Origin: Williopsis jadinii
Lineage: Eukaryota
NCBI GenBank assembly: GCA_024346625.1
Contig: AP024664.1
Span: 1,674,001 to 1,738,000 of the forward strand
Direction of reading: 5' to 3'
DNA length: 64,000 nucleotides
Positions within the stretch are counted from its first letter, which is position 1. The number at the start of each line of letters is the position of its first letter. The position numbers were made by a program, and so were the translations under genes. This document shows, one piece after another, positions 34,016 to 44,529 of this stretch. The notes beneath the pieces are model-generated. The model saw only the letters and a list, made by a program, of their open reading frames with translations. It did no database searches and was not told where the DNA came from.

Positions 34016-34558
34016 ATGCTAGATATACAACGCACAACCATCATCGTGTCGAATCTGTCCAAGGAGGAGTTTCTCCAGGTTCCACGCACAATCAGAAGCG
34101 AGCTGGACAAGTTGGCCACGGAAATACACGAGCCTGCGCTGGTTGAGCAATGGTCTGAGCTGCCATTTCTCTCCAGATTGGTGATATCCATCAAGAGTGA
34201 GGATCTGGCTAAACAGGCATATCAAAAGCTGCGTGAGTCTCTCCCGGAGTTGAAAGTCCATCTGAGTGAATGCATCATACGAAGAAACAAGTCGTTTGAT
34301 GGTACTCTACAAGCGCCTGTGTCGCCAAAGCTCGATAAGTATGAGGAACCAGAACCAGCAAAGAGTGATGATGAGGATAAGGGCTTCGAACAGACGCCAG
34401 ATTTCACCATTCCTCGAAGAAGAACGCTTGTTGAAGGCTTGAAACTCAACACGAGCTTTGGCTCAGGCCTTGGCCAGACAGATGCGGTCAGTATGAGTCC
34501 AACAATCACGCTTGAAGAGTGTGGGTTCCAGACAACCAAAACAACGGCAGCTACGTAG
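34016..34558 (+). CDS. RCN2: Regulator of calcineurin (calcipressin family)
   Basis: RRM-like N-terminus with LPFLSRLVI; C-terminal PxIxIT-like SPTITLE; syntenic with MCT1/ODC. Confidence 0.75.
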   Translation: MLDIQRTTIIVSNLSKEEFLQVPRTIRSELDKLATEIHEPALVEQWSELPFLSRLVISIKSEDLAKQAYQKLRESLPELKVHLSECIIRRNKSFDGTLQAPVSPKLDKYEEPEPAKSDDEDKGFEQTPDFTIPRRRTLVEGLKLNTSFGSGLGQTDAVSMSPTITLEECGFQTTKTTAAT

Positions 34559-34639
34559 AGATGGCTTGTTCTATTTACAAAAGTATATTCATTCACACCT
34601 AAACGTTTGTATTTACACGACAGCGTAGAGGAAATGGCT

Positions 34640-35503
34640 TCATGCCGGTGAAGTTGCAGGTGCCTTGTCATTACCCAGGATCTCTACGCTGACTGGAGTC
34701 ATTTCAATGTCCTTGGATGCATCAACAGGTTTCAATATACCGTTATCCTGGTAGTGAGCTTTGAAGAAGGCGTAATGTAGCACGATGTCTTCGATGTTTC
34801 TCATTCTAGGGTCGTTGGCAAAATCAGGGTCGATGAAGAAGAACACTGGCATGTCAACCTCTTCGCCTGCAGCCAATCTCTGCTCTTCAAAACAGAAACA
34901 CTGGATCTTGTTGAAATAAGGACTTGCTTCACCTGGTGTGATGGAATAGGTAGCCATGCCTACAATGTCCCGATCGCTCTTGTTTTTGGCCTTGAAGAAC
35001 GCAAGCGCAGTCTCACCAGGGAGAACGTGCACTTCTCTCTGCTGTGGAACAAACTTCCATGGCAAGATATCTGAAACTTCTGAGGTGAATCCAACACGGA
35101 TACGCTTATCCATATCCACTGGAACCAACTTATCATCAGTAAATTTACGCTTGTCCGTCACTGGGCGACCACCAAAGCCCGTACGAGCACACAACGTTCT
35201 GTACAGAATCACAGCAGCGTAAGATAACCCAATAAACATAAAGAAAACACTAACGGCATAGTTGACCGTCGTACGGTTCTTAAATTGTTGTTCCTTTTCA
35301 CGCTTCATATCCCTCAGCTGAGCAATCTCCTCACGTGTCAGCTTATCCAGAGGATTCGCAGTGGTCTTATTTCCGCTCGACTGAATCTGTTGCCATAGTG
35401 GCTTGTACGTCGCAAAACCAGCTCTGGCCAATTTTGAAGGCCCAAGTGATGCTATTGACACTATCGAGTGGCTCCGTACAAGGTATCTCTTTATTGAAAA
35501 CAT
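34640..35503 (-). CDS. COX11: Cytochrome c oxidase copper chaperone
   Basis: LSYAAV..Y..C..TGFGG, YFNKIQCFCFEEQ. Confidence 0.97.
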   Translation of the reverse strand: MFSIKRYLVRSHSIVSIASLGPSKLARAGFATYKPLWQQIQSSGNKTTANPLDKLTREEIAQLRDMKREKEQQFKNRTTVNYAVSVFFMFIGLSYAAVILYRTLCARTGFGGRPVTDKRKFTDDKLVPVDMDKRIRVGFTSEVSDILPWKFVPQQREVHVLPGETALAFFKAKNKSDRDIVGMATYSITPGEASPYFNKIQCFCFEEQRLAAGEEVDMPVFFFIDPDFANDPRMRNIEDIVLHYAFFKAHYQDNGILKPVDASKDIEMTPVSVEILGNDKAPATSPA

Positions 35504-35740
35504 CTGTGAATTCTATAGTTTGGCATTCGTAGTATTAAAGAGTAAGTAAATGGTTCGAAATTTTTTCTTCCCTATGAAAGACGTATATTCAAAAACCGCG
35601 AAGCTAGCTTGCCCGGGCCTACAACAACGATGATTTCAATACGCTTGTTCAAACATATCGTTGGAAGTGATAATTATAATACAAAGGGGAGTCTCTTTCG
35701 ATACACTCACACAGACCAATTGGACTGGAGATGTCCTTTC

Positions 35741-37486
35741 CTATGGGTTGATTGGGATGAAATTTCCCACAATACAGCTGGGGATGTTGTACCTGTCTCT
35801 TCTTATCGTAAAACTGAAACAGCATGTTTTTCTCTTTCTACCATCTCTGGTTCTTAAATTACAACTTGTCAGGACGGCCTTCTGGCCCTTGTCAAAAGCA
35901 ATGGCACCGTACTTCTCCCAGAAGTTGACTGCACTCTCTTCACTCATCAGCTCATAGATGGCCAACTTACCATCTTTCAAGTCATCAGCGGCGACCTCGA
36001 CCAAAGATGCGAATTCCTTGTTACCACGATAGATCTCACCGGTACGTCTCCATAGACATGCTGGGATTGCCATCGATGTAAAGACACGATCATAGTCCAG
36101 AAGCATTCTTTCAAAATTCTCCTCCACCAGGATCAAATCCACATCTTTTAGAGTTCTTGCAATAGCTCTAAAAGCTGGACGGAATATGCTCAGGGGCTTC
36201 AAGATTCTCTGTTTGGAAGATGAGTTCATGTAATTGTCCATATATGCTTGTAATCTTGCATAACCTTTTGCATAGTTGTAAGGTTGCAATAGGCCGGCTT
36301 CCAATTTGGCGTTGATAACCTGTTTTAACCTCTCCTCAGGTGAAATCTCGGTCGATGGATCAGCAGCCGTGAGGAAGAACTTATCCCTTGCAGAATCTGA
36401 AATGTGCTGTTGTGGGGGTGGTAATGCGTGTGATTGATCATGTGCTTGGAAGTTGTGTAATACTTGTGATCCGTGTGGTAGTTGTTGTTGTTGTTGATGG
36501 TGTAGTTGTTGCTGTTGATGCTGGTGTAATTGATGTTGCTGTGACTGTGATTGTTGCTGTTGTTGTGATTGTAATTGAGGCTGCTGCGGAATCAAGAACT
36601 GGTAGCTATTCAACGCTGGAGAGTTCAACATGGACATGTTTGTCAGGGAAAGGTTTGTTAGAGAATGGGATGCGCTCAAGTTGTTCGAATGCGGTAATGA
36701 ACCATGGCTATTGGGTTCCTGTTGACCACCTGAGCCTATAAGCTCTGGGTCATCCAGCATTGATAAGAACTCATTCAAAGAGCTAAACTCGGAACCAGCA
36801 TGTTCACTAAAGAAAAACGGCTGTTGGTTAAACATTGCAGAGCTCTCCTTCGAAAGGTCTCTTTGGCTATGATGGCCATCTCCATATAGTTGAGATTGTA
36901 AGTGCTGCGGGACTGATTGCACCTCCAAGTTCTGCAACGTTGGGGTTAAATTTGTTGTGCTGGTTTGATTAACAATGGCATTCACGTTCGAGTCCATCTT
37001 GATCTGAGGTTGTGAGGTTACCGCCGTTGTGTCCATCGCCGCTTGGGTCTTTGTCGACACATTTGCCAGCGCCTTTGCACTCAAATCTGTGGACTCCTTG
37101 CCCGATATACTGTTCTCCACACGTTTCTTCTGTTTGGTGCTTGCCGGCTCATCATGGCACAGATGACCAATGTTTCTCTTGATACAGCGAGAACAAGGTC
37201 TCTGTTCATCGCAAATCATATGCGAACGACGACAGTAGACACACGCAATGATGACTTTCTTGCGTCGTTTCCTCTTTGGCTCTTCAGAGGCTGTTGATGT
37301 TGCTGTGGTTGTTCCCGGTGTCTGCCCAGGCTCTGCCTGAGTCGCAGCTGGTGTGGTCGTACTGACATCAGCGGTTGCCGGTGAGCGTGTGGAGACATTG
37401 TCTGTGGTCATCTCTGAGTCCGCTGGTTGCCGCTGATGGGCACCTTGTTCTGCTAGCTCTACGCCTTCCATAAGCTCTGATGGCAT
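35741..37486 (-). CDS. RDS2: Zn2Cys6 + PAS transcription factor (Rds2/Cwt1)
   Basis: ACVYCRRSHMICDEQRPCSRC; C-terminal CCFSFTIRRDRYNIPSCIVGNFIP; lies next to COX11 as in S. cerevisiae. Confidence 0.9.
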   Translation of the reverse strand: MPSELMEGVELAEQGAHQRQPADSEMTTDNVSTRSPATADVSTTTPAATQAEPGQTPGTTTATSTASEEPKRKRRKKVIIACVYCRRSHMICDEQRPCSRCIKRNIGHLCHDEPASTKQKKRVENSISGKESTDLSAKALANVSTKTQAAMDTTAVTSQPQIKMDSNVNAIVNQTSTTNLTPTLQNLEVQSVPQHLQSQLYGDGHHSQRDLSKESSAMFNQQPFFFSEHAGSEFSSLNEFLSMLDDPELIGSGGQQEPNSHGSLPHSNNLSASHSLTNLSLTNMSMLNSPALNSYQFLIPQQPQLQSQQQQQSQSQQHQLHQHQQQQLHHQQQQQLPHGSQVLHNFQAHDQSHALPPPQQHISDSARDKFFLTAADPSTEISPEERLKQVINAKLEAGLLQPYNYAKGYARLQAYMDNYMNSSSKQRILKPLSIFRPAFRAIARTLKDVDLILVEENFERMLLDYDRVFTSMAIPACLWRRTGEIYRGNKEFASLVEVAADDLKDGKLAIYELMSEESAVNFWEKYGAIAFDKGQKAVLTSCNLRTRDGRKRKTCCFSFTIRRDRYNIPSCIVGNFIPINP

Positions 37487-37965
37487 TGCTCTATCTCACT
37501 GTCTCACTGGCTCACTCTCTCGCAATGTCACTGTCTCTCGCACTCTCGCACCACCACTTTCTCTCGCCTTGTCACTCACTCTTCCTTTAGTCTGTGAGTA
37601 TCAAACCTCCCTCGCGATTTCGTAAGGAGCTCAACGTCGTTGTTGATTTTCGTTGTTGAGGCTCCGTTGTTGTGGTTCCGTGCCTGTGTTTTTTTCCCTT
37701 GTTGTTTTGTGCAACCGTCTGCTTTTTCTATGGCAGCTCCCTCCAGACGATTTTTTCTGTTTATTTCCTAAGCGCGCGCGCCAGTGGGGGAAAAGTGTGT
37801 TTTTGTGGAGTTTATGTTGTTTTTGTGGAGGCTTTACAACGTACAAAAACTAAAGAGGGAAAAAAGTGCGTCTGGGGTAACAAGCACACATAAAAGTTGT
37901 TATAGCATGTTCACGATATATAATCTTCCGTTGTGGCGGTCTTTTTGCAGTGGTTTCGAAACCAA

Positions 37966-38928
37966 TTAATACAACTGCGATAAGTCTTGTTGTGTCTCGA
38001 GGTTGATATTTGACGCTAGGTTACCCTTTGTATCCATCTTTCTCGCCAGAGCTTGGATGACCTTAGCGTTCGGTCCGATGTTAACAAAGGAGACATCTGT
38101 ATCAAGCATGAATTGTAAGCCTTTGCTGAACAAGACCGGCTTGGTGAAATCCTCCAGGAAGTTGTCGAGAGCTTCGCCGTGCGTAAAGGATAACTCGCCA
38201 GTGAGATTGGAAACAATTGGCAGCTCCAACTTCTTGTCCTTGTCGATGTCACACTGTGTGGATATCAGTTCTCTGAATCTGCGCTTAGCATCAGCCAGGA
38301 TCTCGTTGTGGAATGGCAGCTGTACCTGTAGTTTGGTGCCCTTTGCCTTGATGTCGCTCTTTAGCTGCTTGGTCAAAGTGGCGAGCTCGTCCAGTTCTCC
38401 GCTGACAACGCACTGCGTGTCGCAGTTGAAGTTGGCGATGGCTAGCGAGGAATATTGAGACACGCGGTCCTTGATGATCTCCAGGTTCCCCTGTGCATGT
38501 TTGAAGATGAAGGCAGTCATGCCATACTTATTCTTGTCTGGACAGCACTCCTCCATGAATTTGCCCCTAGAGTGCGCCATGTGTATGCCCAGCTCTGACG
38601 GGATCACACCGTTGGCTATAAGACACGTCAGCTCGCCCAAAGAATGGCCCATCAGGTAAGAACCTTCAAGGGGCTTGCCATTGGAGGCAATCAGTTCCAA
38701 AATCAGCAGCGACGTGTACACAACAGAAGGCTGTAAGTTTGCGCTACTCCGTAGGAACTCAAGCGGGTCTCCTTGGAACAGTCTATCGCGCAACACCTTA
38801 GGTATGGAGATCTTTGACCTCTTATGGAACGGTTCTAGTTGCCCCAGCAGAGCAGGTTGGATCAATTGGCCCTGTCCAGGGAACGTGATCACCCTTGGAA
38901 TACCACTCAGCTGTCTCCTAATCATCAT
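37966..38928 (-). CDS. MCT1: Mitochondrial malonyl-CoA:ACP transacylase
   Basis: ITFPGQG, GHSLGE, IANFN..QCVVSG, LPFH. First ATG at 38928. Confidence 0.9.
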   Translation of the reverse strand: MMIRRQLSGIPRVITFPGQGQLIQPALLGQLEPFHKRSKISIPKVLRDRLFQGDPLEFLRSSANLQPSVVYTSLLILELIASNGKPLEGSYLMGHSLGELTCLIANGVIPSELGIHMAHSRGKFMEECCPDKNKYGMTAFIFKHAQGNLEIIKDRVSQYSSLAIANFNCDTQCVVSGELDELATLTKQLKSDIKAKGTKLQVQLPFHNEILADAKRRFRELISTQCDIDKDKKLELPIVSNLTGELSFTHGEALDNFLEDFTKPVLFSKGLQFMLDTDVSFVNIGPNAKVIQALARKMDTKGNLASNINLETQQDLSQLY

Positions 38929-39620
38929 ACGTATTATCTCCGTCCCACCACTGTTTGCTCTTCTCTGTGTAGTCCACTCCTTAGTGTCAGCTCCTTGAGT
39001 ACCGACTTCTTCGAATTGATGAAAGGGGTGGTGGTAGTACACAAACCAATCGCTACTGCTTCTGTTTTGGTTTACACGTTAAAACGACAATTTGGCCCCT
39101 TTTTTGTTATAGCACATGCTACCGGGCCCAAAATTGCTTGAAAATTTAGTACTCAGCAGGTTTGACATGAGATGAGCTCCAACGTTATCAACGGTCAACA
39201 AATCTGCCTAAAAACCACCCACAGCCACGACACTTGAAGAGTTAAATACCCATTCACCGGTTTCGGGCGAGCTCCCCTTGTCCACGGTCCAGAGAATTTA
39301 AAAACGGGGCCGTAAACTGTGGAATTGAATAGGCGGAAGCATGCATCCGGAACTTTCCCTGTGTGTGCAATTTTTTTGCCTGTGTTTTTGTTCATTTCTT
39401 ACAGCGCTAACGGGCTGCGAGCGCCAATTGTGTTTTTTTTCCCGCTTCCTCGTTGTTTTTTCCAGTTGTTTTTCTCCATTTTGCTGATAAAACCAAACAA
39501 AGGAAAATTTGAGCTTCCTCGCTTTCTTCCTTCGCTGTCTTGAGACATCTCTCTTTGGCTAGCGCTTTCTCTCTCTTTTGGATCAGAAACAAACAGTCAT
39601 ATTCTTGGTATTCCTATACA

Positions 39621-40682
39621 ATGACCGCAGATAACAGACGTGAGTGTTGAAGATCGTGGAGTTGCATGCGGTGTAATTCTGGAGTTTGTTGACTCATCCG
39701 GCTTATCATGGTGTATGGCTCTGCCATTGAGCTGGGGGGTCTCGTACCGATGAACCAAGCGTGTATTTGCGTATCCACATTGAACGATGTACTAACAACA
39801 GCTTCAGCGCTTCCATTCTCCTATCAGTTCCTTGCTGGTGCCATTGCCGGTGTCAGTGAGATTCTTGTGATGTACCCTTTGGACGTTATCAAGACCCGTA
39901 TCCAGCTCCAGGTCGGTTCCGGTGCCCAGGCTGAGTACACTGGTGTCATTGACTGTTTCACCAAGATTGTGAAAAACGAAGGCCCTGCTCGTTTGTACAA
40001 GGGTATTACCGCTCCTATCCTTATGGAGGCTCCAAAGAGAGCTACAAAGTTTGCCGCCAACGATGAATTCTCCAAGTTCTACAAGAAATTGTTCGGTGTT
40101 CAGCAGATGAACCAACCGCTTTCTATCTTATCCGGTGCCTCTGCCGGTGCGGTGGAAAGTTTTGTCGTTGTTCCATTCGAATTGATCAAGATCAGACTCC
40201 AGGATAAGAACTCCCCATACAAATCCGTGGGTGATGCATTCCTCAAGACAGTCAAGAACGAAGGTCCATTGGCCTTGTACAACGGATTGGAGGCAACTTT
40301 GTGGAGACACATCGTCTGGAACGCTGGTTATTTCGGTATCATCTTCCAAGTTAGATCTCTTCTACCAAAGGCTCAAAACCCAACCCAGAAGACCCTCAAC
40401 GACTTGGCAGCCGGTGCCATTGGTGGTACTTTTGGTACTCTATTCAACACTCCATTCGACGTTGTCAAGTCTAGAATCCAAAACACCGTTCTCAAGCCAG
40501 GTGAGGTTAGAAAATATAACTGGACTTTCCCATCTTTGTTGACTATCTACAAGGAGGAAGGTTTCAGCGCTTTGTACAAAGGTTTTCTTCCAAAGGTGTT
40601 GAGATTGGGACCAGGTGGTGGTATCCTCTTGGTTGTCTTCACTGCCACTATGGACTTCTTCAGAACCATCCATTACAAGTGA
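39621..40682 (+). CDS. ODC1: Mitochondrial 2-oxodicarboxylate carrier, 2 exons
   Basis: Exon1 39621..39639, intron 39640..39807 (GTGAGT...TACTAAC...CAG). Spliced MTADNRPLPFSYQFLAGAIAGVSE matches the Odc1 N-terminus; three PxDxxK carrier repeats. Confidence 0.93.
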
Positions 40683-40862
40683 TTTAATCAAGGTTGAAAC
40701 GTTCTAGACATAATAAACAGTCCCACCTTATTTAAATCACTGGCAATATCTGCTTGTTCGTTCATGTCTTTTTTACAAGGTAATAGTATATAGATAGAGC
40801 TACAAATTCAATCATTTATCCTCTTTTTTTACAAGACAAAAAGGGACAGTTAAAGCAATAGT

Positions 40863-41098
40863 TACTGTATGATCTACCAGCCCTCGCCAACTCCAACACG
40901 ATCCACCTGCAAGAGTAGTCGCGATCATCCGTTAAAGGATAACATGTGAGAAGACAAAAGGGCATTAAGATGAGCACCTGATTCTGGCGAAAGAACCGTA
41001 GTTGATCTCACCGAGGACTTGACGCCTATTCCACTGTAGAGAAGCAGCAAGGAATGAAGGCAACACGGTTTTTGAAAGTCCTGGTTGTCCGCACTAAA
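40863..41098 (-). ncRNA. SNR35: Box H/ACA snoRNA, snR35 ortholog (18S Psi1191 guide)
   Basis: Minus strand: CCAGGACT...CCGTGTTG [hairpin] GTCAAGTCC forms a pocket complementary to 18S UUGAC-U-CAACACGG; H box AGATCA; ACA at 40868-40866. Lies between ODC and DSC3, as SNR35 does in S. cerevisiae. Tbf1 site TTAGGGCT at 41221-41228. 5' end approximate. Confidence 0.85.
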
Positions 41099-41938
41099 GA
41101 AAGGAAAAAAGGAAAAGAAAGGTTACAACAAAAGTTGAGAGTGAAAAGTTTTGAAGAATTTTTTTTATACCGGTGCTGCGGTCGATGTGGGTGAGTTCCG
41201 AGGATTTCTCTTACCTCGGTTTAGGGCTCTTTACATAGTATTTGGAAGTCTGAGTAATTTGGAAGGCGGTGACAGAGTATTTGTCGATAGAAACGGAAAG
41301 AAGAGGGGGACCAGTATTAGTGTACTCCGTGTTCATACGATCAATTAGCCTGTAACTATGGCCTGGGATCTTGGGCAGGGAGAAATAATGGTTGCTGTGG
41401 TAAAATGCTGCCCTCGACACCCGGATTTTAAAACACCCGGACACCTAAATATTTCACCATCTCTGCATTCCGGTATATAAACATGACTGAAAAGTCTGAC
41501 GATGTATATGTCAAGCACTTATCTGATGGTCTAATTCCTCTCGATATCATTGCAAGTATACTCAGGTAATGACGATTATAAAACGATAATTTTAAATAAG
41601 GATTATGAAATTAATAAATTGTCATCACTCTTAGCTTAAAAGTTCTGTACTGATTCGTCAAAACATTTTTGGAGAAAGTTCTTAAGAGAACTAAAATTTA
41701 TTGCATAATTACCAGTGGAATTCATCAATATCTTTCTCAAATCATTGTATTGGCACTTATTTGCTTTAATTTGCTCAAAATGCCATAGCCAAACTTCTAT
41801 ATAAGGTGCTTACGTAATAACCCCCATAAACACCCAGACATCAGCCAATTATACTGAAAGTGAAGCGAACTTCTCCTAACGCACACACACTGAGACCAAA
41901 CGAACAGCGCTCAGTGAATCCAAAGCGTGAAAAGCACC

Positions 41939-42682
41939 ATGAGTGACAACAATATCGTCATTGTGATAAGATTCTCTACAGCATCTTACCCAGACCTGGA
42001 ACTTCCACCCGTTGAACCCTCTCAGTTAACGTTACCATGGCTCAGAAAGAATGTACGGATGAAGCTTTCAGACCTTAGAAACAAGAGACTGAGGTTTATC
42101 CTCAGTGGACGTGTTATCAACGAGAGTACGAACTTGGTTGATGAGTACAACAGATATATAAGGTTCCAGAGCGAGGATGATGGCGTGGATAAGAAGTTCT
42201 ATATCCACTGTCTTATTGGCGACATTTTGACACAGCAGGAACTGGCAAAGGAGAACGAGATGGATAATAAAGTCCAAGAGCAGAGTACCACACCGGCGCC
42301 TGTCGGGTTTGATCGCTTACAAAACGCAGGATTCAGCCAAGAGGATATCAACATGCTAAGGAGACAGTTTAGACAGTTATATGGGGACTTGCCGCAAGTG
42401 CAAAACGAAGCAGATATTAGACAGCTAGAGGAGAGGTGGATCGACAGTTCTGTTAACCACGAAATCGATGACTTCAACGTTGCCACTGCCAACGGTGGAA
42501 GTGGATCCATGATGAGCGGGAACGTTGATCTACTAGTCGGGGTACTGATTGGATGTCTGTGTGGTGTGCTAAGCGTTTTCTTGTTAATGACCGGGAAACT
42601 CTTCAACAAGAGACAGAAGATTGCCATAGTTGCCGGCATCGTTGTGAACTTCTCCTTCGCACTAGTGAGACAATGGTCATAG
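41939..42682 (+). CDS. DSC3: Dsc E3 ligase complex subunit 3
   Basis: UBL-like N-terminus (IRF...RLRFILSGR...YIHCLIG), GFDRL..AGFS.EDI, LEERWID, two C-terminal TMs. ATG at 41939. Confidence 0.88.
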   Translation: MSDNNIVIVIRFSTASYPDLELPPVEPSQLTLPWLRKNVRMKLSDLRNKRLRFILSGRVINESTNLVDEYNRYIRFQSEDDGVDKKFYIHCLIGDILTQQELAKENEMDNKVQEQSTTPAPVGFDRLQNAGFSQEDINMLRRQFRQLYGDLPQVQNEADIRQLEERWIDSSVNHEIDDFNVATANGGSGSMMSGNVDLLVGVLIGCLCGVLSVFLLMTGKLFNKRQKIAIVAGIVVNFSFALVRQWS

Positions 42683-42742
42683 TTACAAGGAAGAAATAAT
42701 ATACTCAACAACAATGCTTTCATTATGCTTGTATACTTTAGG

Positions 42743-43372
42743 CTACTCTAATTTCGACTTGCTGTTGTACTTTTGAATCTCGCCAAAGGTATAGTCCAAG
42801 ATGTGCTCAACAGGCTTGTCAAAGAGGTATGGCAACGCTGGGACTATACCTAAGCCCAATCCAATCGGTCCCCATTGTCTCAGCAATGCATTCTTAAAGT
42901 TCTTATCGGCATATTTAGTGGCGTATCTCACTGCAGTATGGATAGTGAAGGCTGGCAATCCCATGGACGCGATGCTCTGGAACAAACCTCTCTTCAGACC
43001 AACGAGCCTCCAGTCCAACTCATTTTGCGCTAATGCCTTTGCCTGTGGGTCCACGGCAGGCAATGGGTCCCAGGGCTTAAGGTGTGGAAGATACTGGCCT
43101 TGCTGGCGTAGCTTCGCCTTCCACGCCTCGTAGGTAACGTCTCCCAAGACATATGTCCACGAGATACCATAGCAGGCCTTGACCCAAGTCGGGTGGACAG
43201 CAGGTCTAAAGGACTCACCAATGTCGCTTGTATAGGCAACGTAACGGTGAGAAGCTAGCAGAATGGTTCTTAACCGGTTTGCGTAAGCCGCATAACGAAC
43301 GTTTGACTCTGTAGAGTCTTCGGAAAGTGAGTTTGGGTGTAGTGCTTCTAATCTCTTCTCAGTATCTGACAT
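42743..43372 (-). CDS. Mitochondrial fission process protein 1 (MTP18/MTFP1) homolog
   Basis: RYAAYANRLRT..ASHRYVAYTSDIGESFRP, FQSIASMGLPAFTIH. First ATG at 43372. Confidence 0.88.
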   Translation of the reverse strand: MSDTEKRLEALHPNSLSEDSTESNVRYAAYANRLRTILLASHRYVAYTSDIGESFRPAVHPTWVKACYGISWTYVLGDVTYEAWKAKLRQQGQYLPHLKPWDPLPAVDPQAKALAQNELDWRLVGLKRGLFQSIASMGLPAFTIHTAVRYATKYADKNFKNALLRQWGPIGLGLGIVPALPYLFDKPVEHILDYTFGEIQKYNSKSKLE

Positions 43373-43722
43373 TATCCTTGTGTTTGACAACGAGTACACG
43401 TTTCCTGTACAAGGTGAACAGCTCAGAGGAGGAATTGATTCCAATTTGTTAAATTAGGTGGCAAGAGCCAAAAAGTGGCAAGCTTGAAGTGGGAGACACC
43501 GTCTGCATGCTTGATTGCAACGGTTTTGATTGCGCCGAACCACACATATAAACACGTACAACAGCAATGATAGCACACAACTTCCGAGCCTGGACGGTCA
43601 GTTACTCCATGAGCCTAGCGCGAGCTCGAGAATCGTACATATGTCTAAATGGTTCAATTGAGCAGTTCTATATTACACCGGTACGTATGTATATGAGCAG
43701 GGCGGAAACCACGGCGCAGAAA

Positions 43723-44157
43723 TCAATGGCGCATCAACAGGTAGATGTTCTCCTGCTTCAGCGAGCTCAGGTTTCTGTAGCCGCCCTCCAGGCACAGCAG
43801 CAACCCTCCAAAGGAGACGTAGACGCTGATCTTGTCGTCGGACCCTTCTTCGAACTTGTAGACCGTACCGTACATCACGTAGTCGTAGTCGTCCGCCAGG
43901 CTCCGCTCGCCCTGCTTTGGCGGTCTCCACGAGCCTGGCGCCTGTGATTCTGAGGCCTCCTCCAACGACAGCGACGAGGCCAGTGTGATCGTCACGGACT
44001 CGCCGGTGCTCACTGGGAACAGGTCCGAGTTTATGTCCAAGGTGACCTTAACGTCAGATGAGGTTGTGGAAGATGCAACGATTCTCGACACCCTGTTGTA
44101 GCGCGCAGCGTCGACCTCGGTTATAGTGAAAACGTCATCGAACAGTGTGTTGGACAT
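43723..44157 (-). CDS. RPB8: RNA polymerase I/II/III shared subunit
   Basis: [25 protein letters not shown]. Confidence 0.98.
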   Translation of the reverse strand: MSNTLFDDVFTITEVDAARYNRVSRIVASSTTSSDVKVTLDINSDLFPVSTGESVTITLASSLSLEEASESQAPGSWRPPKQGERSLADDYDYVMYGTVYKFEEGSDDKISVYVSFGGLLLCLEGGYRNLSSLKQENIYLLMRH

Positions 44158-44529
44158 CGTGTATGGCAGCCAGAAGTAGAGAAAGAGACGAAGAGGCGGG
44201 CGTCGATGGTGTTCTCTGGCTTCTCTCCTGCTCCGCTGCGCTGTTTAGAGGGCTTCTCGAAGGAAAAGGTAAAATTTTAAAGTGCGCCGCGGGACGACGT
44301 GCGAAAGTCTCCCGCGAACTCGTTTTTGTGCGCTTTGGCACCGTCGCCTGGGCCGATTTCCCCTTTGGGAAGGCAATGGGCGGGTGTACATATACTCACA
44401 CCGTACGGGTAACATTGGACGTGTCTTTATAGCAGCGGAAGCGTTGGGAAAAAGGGAACAATTGGGAAACCTGGCGTGGAAGTCACTGTTGAAGGAAGCG
44501 AGAACCGCTGGAGACGTTTTAAAGGGGAC

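Noticed and set aside
41828..41842. Telomerase RNA template candidate (ACACCCAGACA)
   Set aside because: Lies about 100 bp upstream of the DSC3 ATG with no room or structure for a long RNA; better explained as a Rap1 site.
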